A stretch of DNA of 64,000 nucleotides from Hypanus sabinus (Eukaryota): assembly GCF_030144855.1 (NCBI RefSeq), contig NC_082720.1:34658001-34722000 (forward strand), read 5' to 3'. Below the pieces are notes generated by a model that had not been told where the DNA came from, did not search any database, and worked only from the letters and a program-made list of their open reading frames with translations. The position numbers and the translations under genes were made by a program. Position 1 is the first letter of the stretch; each line of letters begins with the position of its first letter. Shown here piece by piece: positions 62,251-64,000 of this stretch.

Positions 62251-64000
62251 CTCCCAAACAGTGTCCGGCCCAGACTGTGGACATTGGGGGGTGTATCGCC
62301 GGTTCTGGGGGGGGCGGGGGTTATGTGGCGACCCGCTTCCTAGCGCACTCGAACCGGCTCACAAATAGCCAGCGCGCCGCCACAAAGGCCAGTCCCAAAA
62401 GGTCGCCAGGTCTGCTTCACCAACAAAGAGAAAAACCTGCAGGGGATTGTGAGTATGTGCCCCTACAGCATCCGCGGCCGGGGAGGGCGGGATCAGGGAG
62501 GCTTTAAAGCAAGGCTGTGAAGTTTGAATAAAATCTTTCTCTAACTGCAGTTTACCGACTCCGTGTCATTATTTTAGCGTTGCGTGTAGCACACCGCTAC
62601 AATATTATCTTTTGCTTTTATTCTGTCTTTTAAACTTCCCTTGTCAGCCTTGGTTGGCTCTTCCTCCCTTAAGAATATTTCAACAAAATGCATCTATCAA
62701 GTGCCTTCCAAATTGCTCCCAGAAACTCCAGCCATTGCTGTTCTGCCATCATCCCTGCTAGTGTCCCCTTCCAATCAGCTTTGGCCAGCTCCTCTCTCAT
62801 GCCTCTGTAATTCCCATTACTCCACTGTAATAGTGATACATTTAGTTATTTAGTTCATCCACTATTTCCTTGTCCCTCGTTATACTTCTCCAGCATTCTG
62901 TTAAGTACTGTCATCTCCCATTTACTGTTTATATAGCTGAAAAACCTTCTGGTATCCTCTTTGATATTATATTATATATATTTCATCTTTTCTCTCCTTG
63001 TGGCTTTTTAGTTTCCTTCTGTTGGTTTTTAAATCTTCCCAATCCTCTAACATCATACTAATTTTTCTTTATTATATGTCCTAACTTTGGCTTTTGTTTT
63101 GTTTTTTCACTTCCCTTGTCAGCAATGGTTGCATAAATCTGCCTTTAGAATAATTCTTTTGGATGTATGTATACTGCTCTTTCTGAATATCTTGCAGAAA
63201 CTCCAGACATTGCTGTTCTGCTATCATCCCTGCTAGTGTCCCCTTCCAATCAATTTTCACCAGTTCCTCTCTTATAGCTTTTTAATTCCCTTTACTCCAC
63301 GGTAATACTGACACATCTGAGTTTAGCTTCTTCCTCTGAAAATGCAGGGTCAGTTCTATCATTTGATCACTGCCTCCTAAGGGTTCCTTTATTTTAAGCT
63401 CCCTAATCAAATCGGATTTATTACACCAAACCCAATCTTGAATTCTCTTTTTCTTATTAGGAAAAGGCAACTCACAGGTATTCTACAAGTTCGCTGTCAG
63501 GGATCGAGCGCTAACCTGATTTTCCAAATTTACCTGCATATTGAAATCACCATGACTATCGTAACATTGCCCTTTTTTTCATCCCCTTTCTATCTCCTGT
63601 TTTAACTTGTTCGCTATGTACTGGCTGTTGTTCAGAGGCCTTTATGTTACTTCCTTCAGGATTTTCTGTTACCCCTTCAGTTTCTTAACTCTATCCACAA
63701 GCATTCTACATCTTTCTAAGGATTTTTCATTTTTTACCAACAGAGCCACCCCACACACTCTGCCTACCCACCTCTCCTTTCAGTACATAGTGTATCCTTG
63801 GATGTTAAGCCCCCAACTATGATCTTCTTTCAGCCACTACTCAGTGATGCCCACAATGTCATACTGCCAATCTTGAACTGTGCAACAAGATGATCTGACT
63901 TATTCTGTGCATTGTGTGCATTCAGATATAAGAGCTTCAGTCTTGTATTCATCACCCTTTTTGATTTTGCCCCCATGTTACACTTTAGCTCACCTGTAAT

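Larger units (their letters stand above)
58377..62601 (+). mobile_element. Complete Gypsy LTR retrotransposon, CsRn1-like, inactivated
   Basis: 278-bp TG..CA LTRs (58377-58654 and 62324-62601); 4-bp TSD ATAT; PBS; G-rich PPT at 62307-62320; gag then PR-RT-RH-IN order. Confidence 0.97.
55610..64000 (-). mobile_element. CR1 LINE(s) broken by several nested insertions
   Basis: 3' end at ~55610; RT motif ARFAKDTKIGG (56414-56614); continues at 57230-57660, 58129-58376 and 62602 onward; endonuclease motif EPLGGSD (63282-63470). 62630-62840 recurs at 63110-63315. Confidence 0.82.

Noticed and set aside
58832-62507. Many overlapping antisense and alternative-frame ORFs
   Set aside because: Expected in GC-rich retrotransposon sequence; no independent motifs.
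1-64000. CRISPR arrays, operons or prokaryotic defence systems
   Set aside because: The sequence is spliceosomal-intron-rich vertebrate DNA with no regularly spaced repeat-spacer array.

Overview
Eukaryotic, AT-rich, CpG-depleted vertebrate DNA. The repeat content suggests a cartilaginous fish, probably a ray (inference). The whole window lies inside one + strand gene, SH3PXD2B (Tks4). It contains the 26-nt linker exon and the three exons encoding SH3 domain 1 and most of SH3 domain 2. The PX exons lie upstream and the remaining exons downstream. Reading the introns directly shows extra frame-preserving cassette or micro-exons that the ORF track misses: 84 nt, 42 nt and 30 nt, plus a possible 8-nt stop-containing micro-exon. 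Two of these sit in the same introns as the known cassette exons of the paralogue SH3PXD2A/Tks5. The introns are packed with transposons: many CR1 LINEs; L2, Rex-Babar, RTE, L1 and Hero-type fragments; SINEs; an IR/DR Tc1-like element; a decayed Gypsy element; a complete two-LTR CsRn1-type Gypsy element with a -1 frameshift signal; and many Penelope-like terminal repeats carrying minimal hammerhead ribozyme motifs. Almost all ORFs in the supplied track are transposon debris or noise. Exon numbering and paralogue comparisons come from memory of the human genes and need checking.
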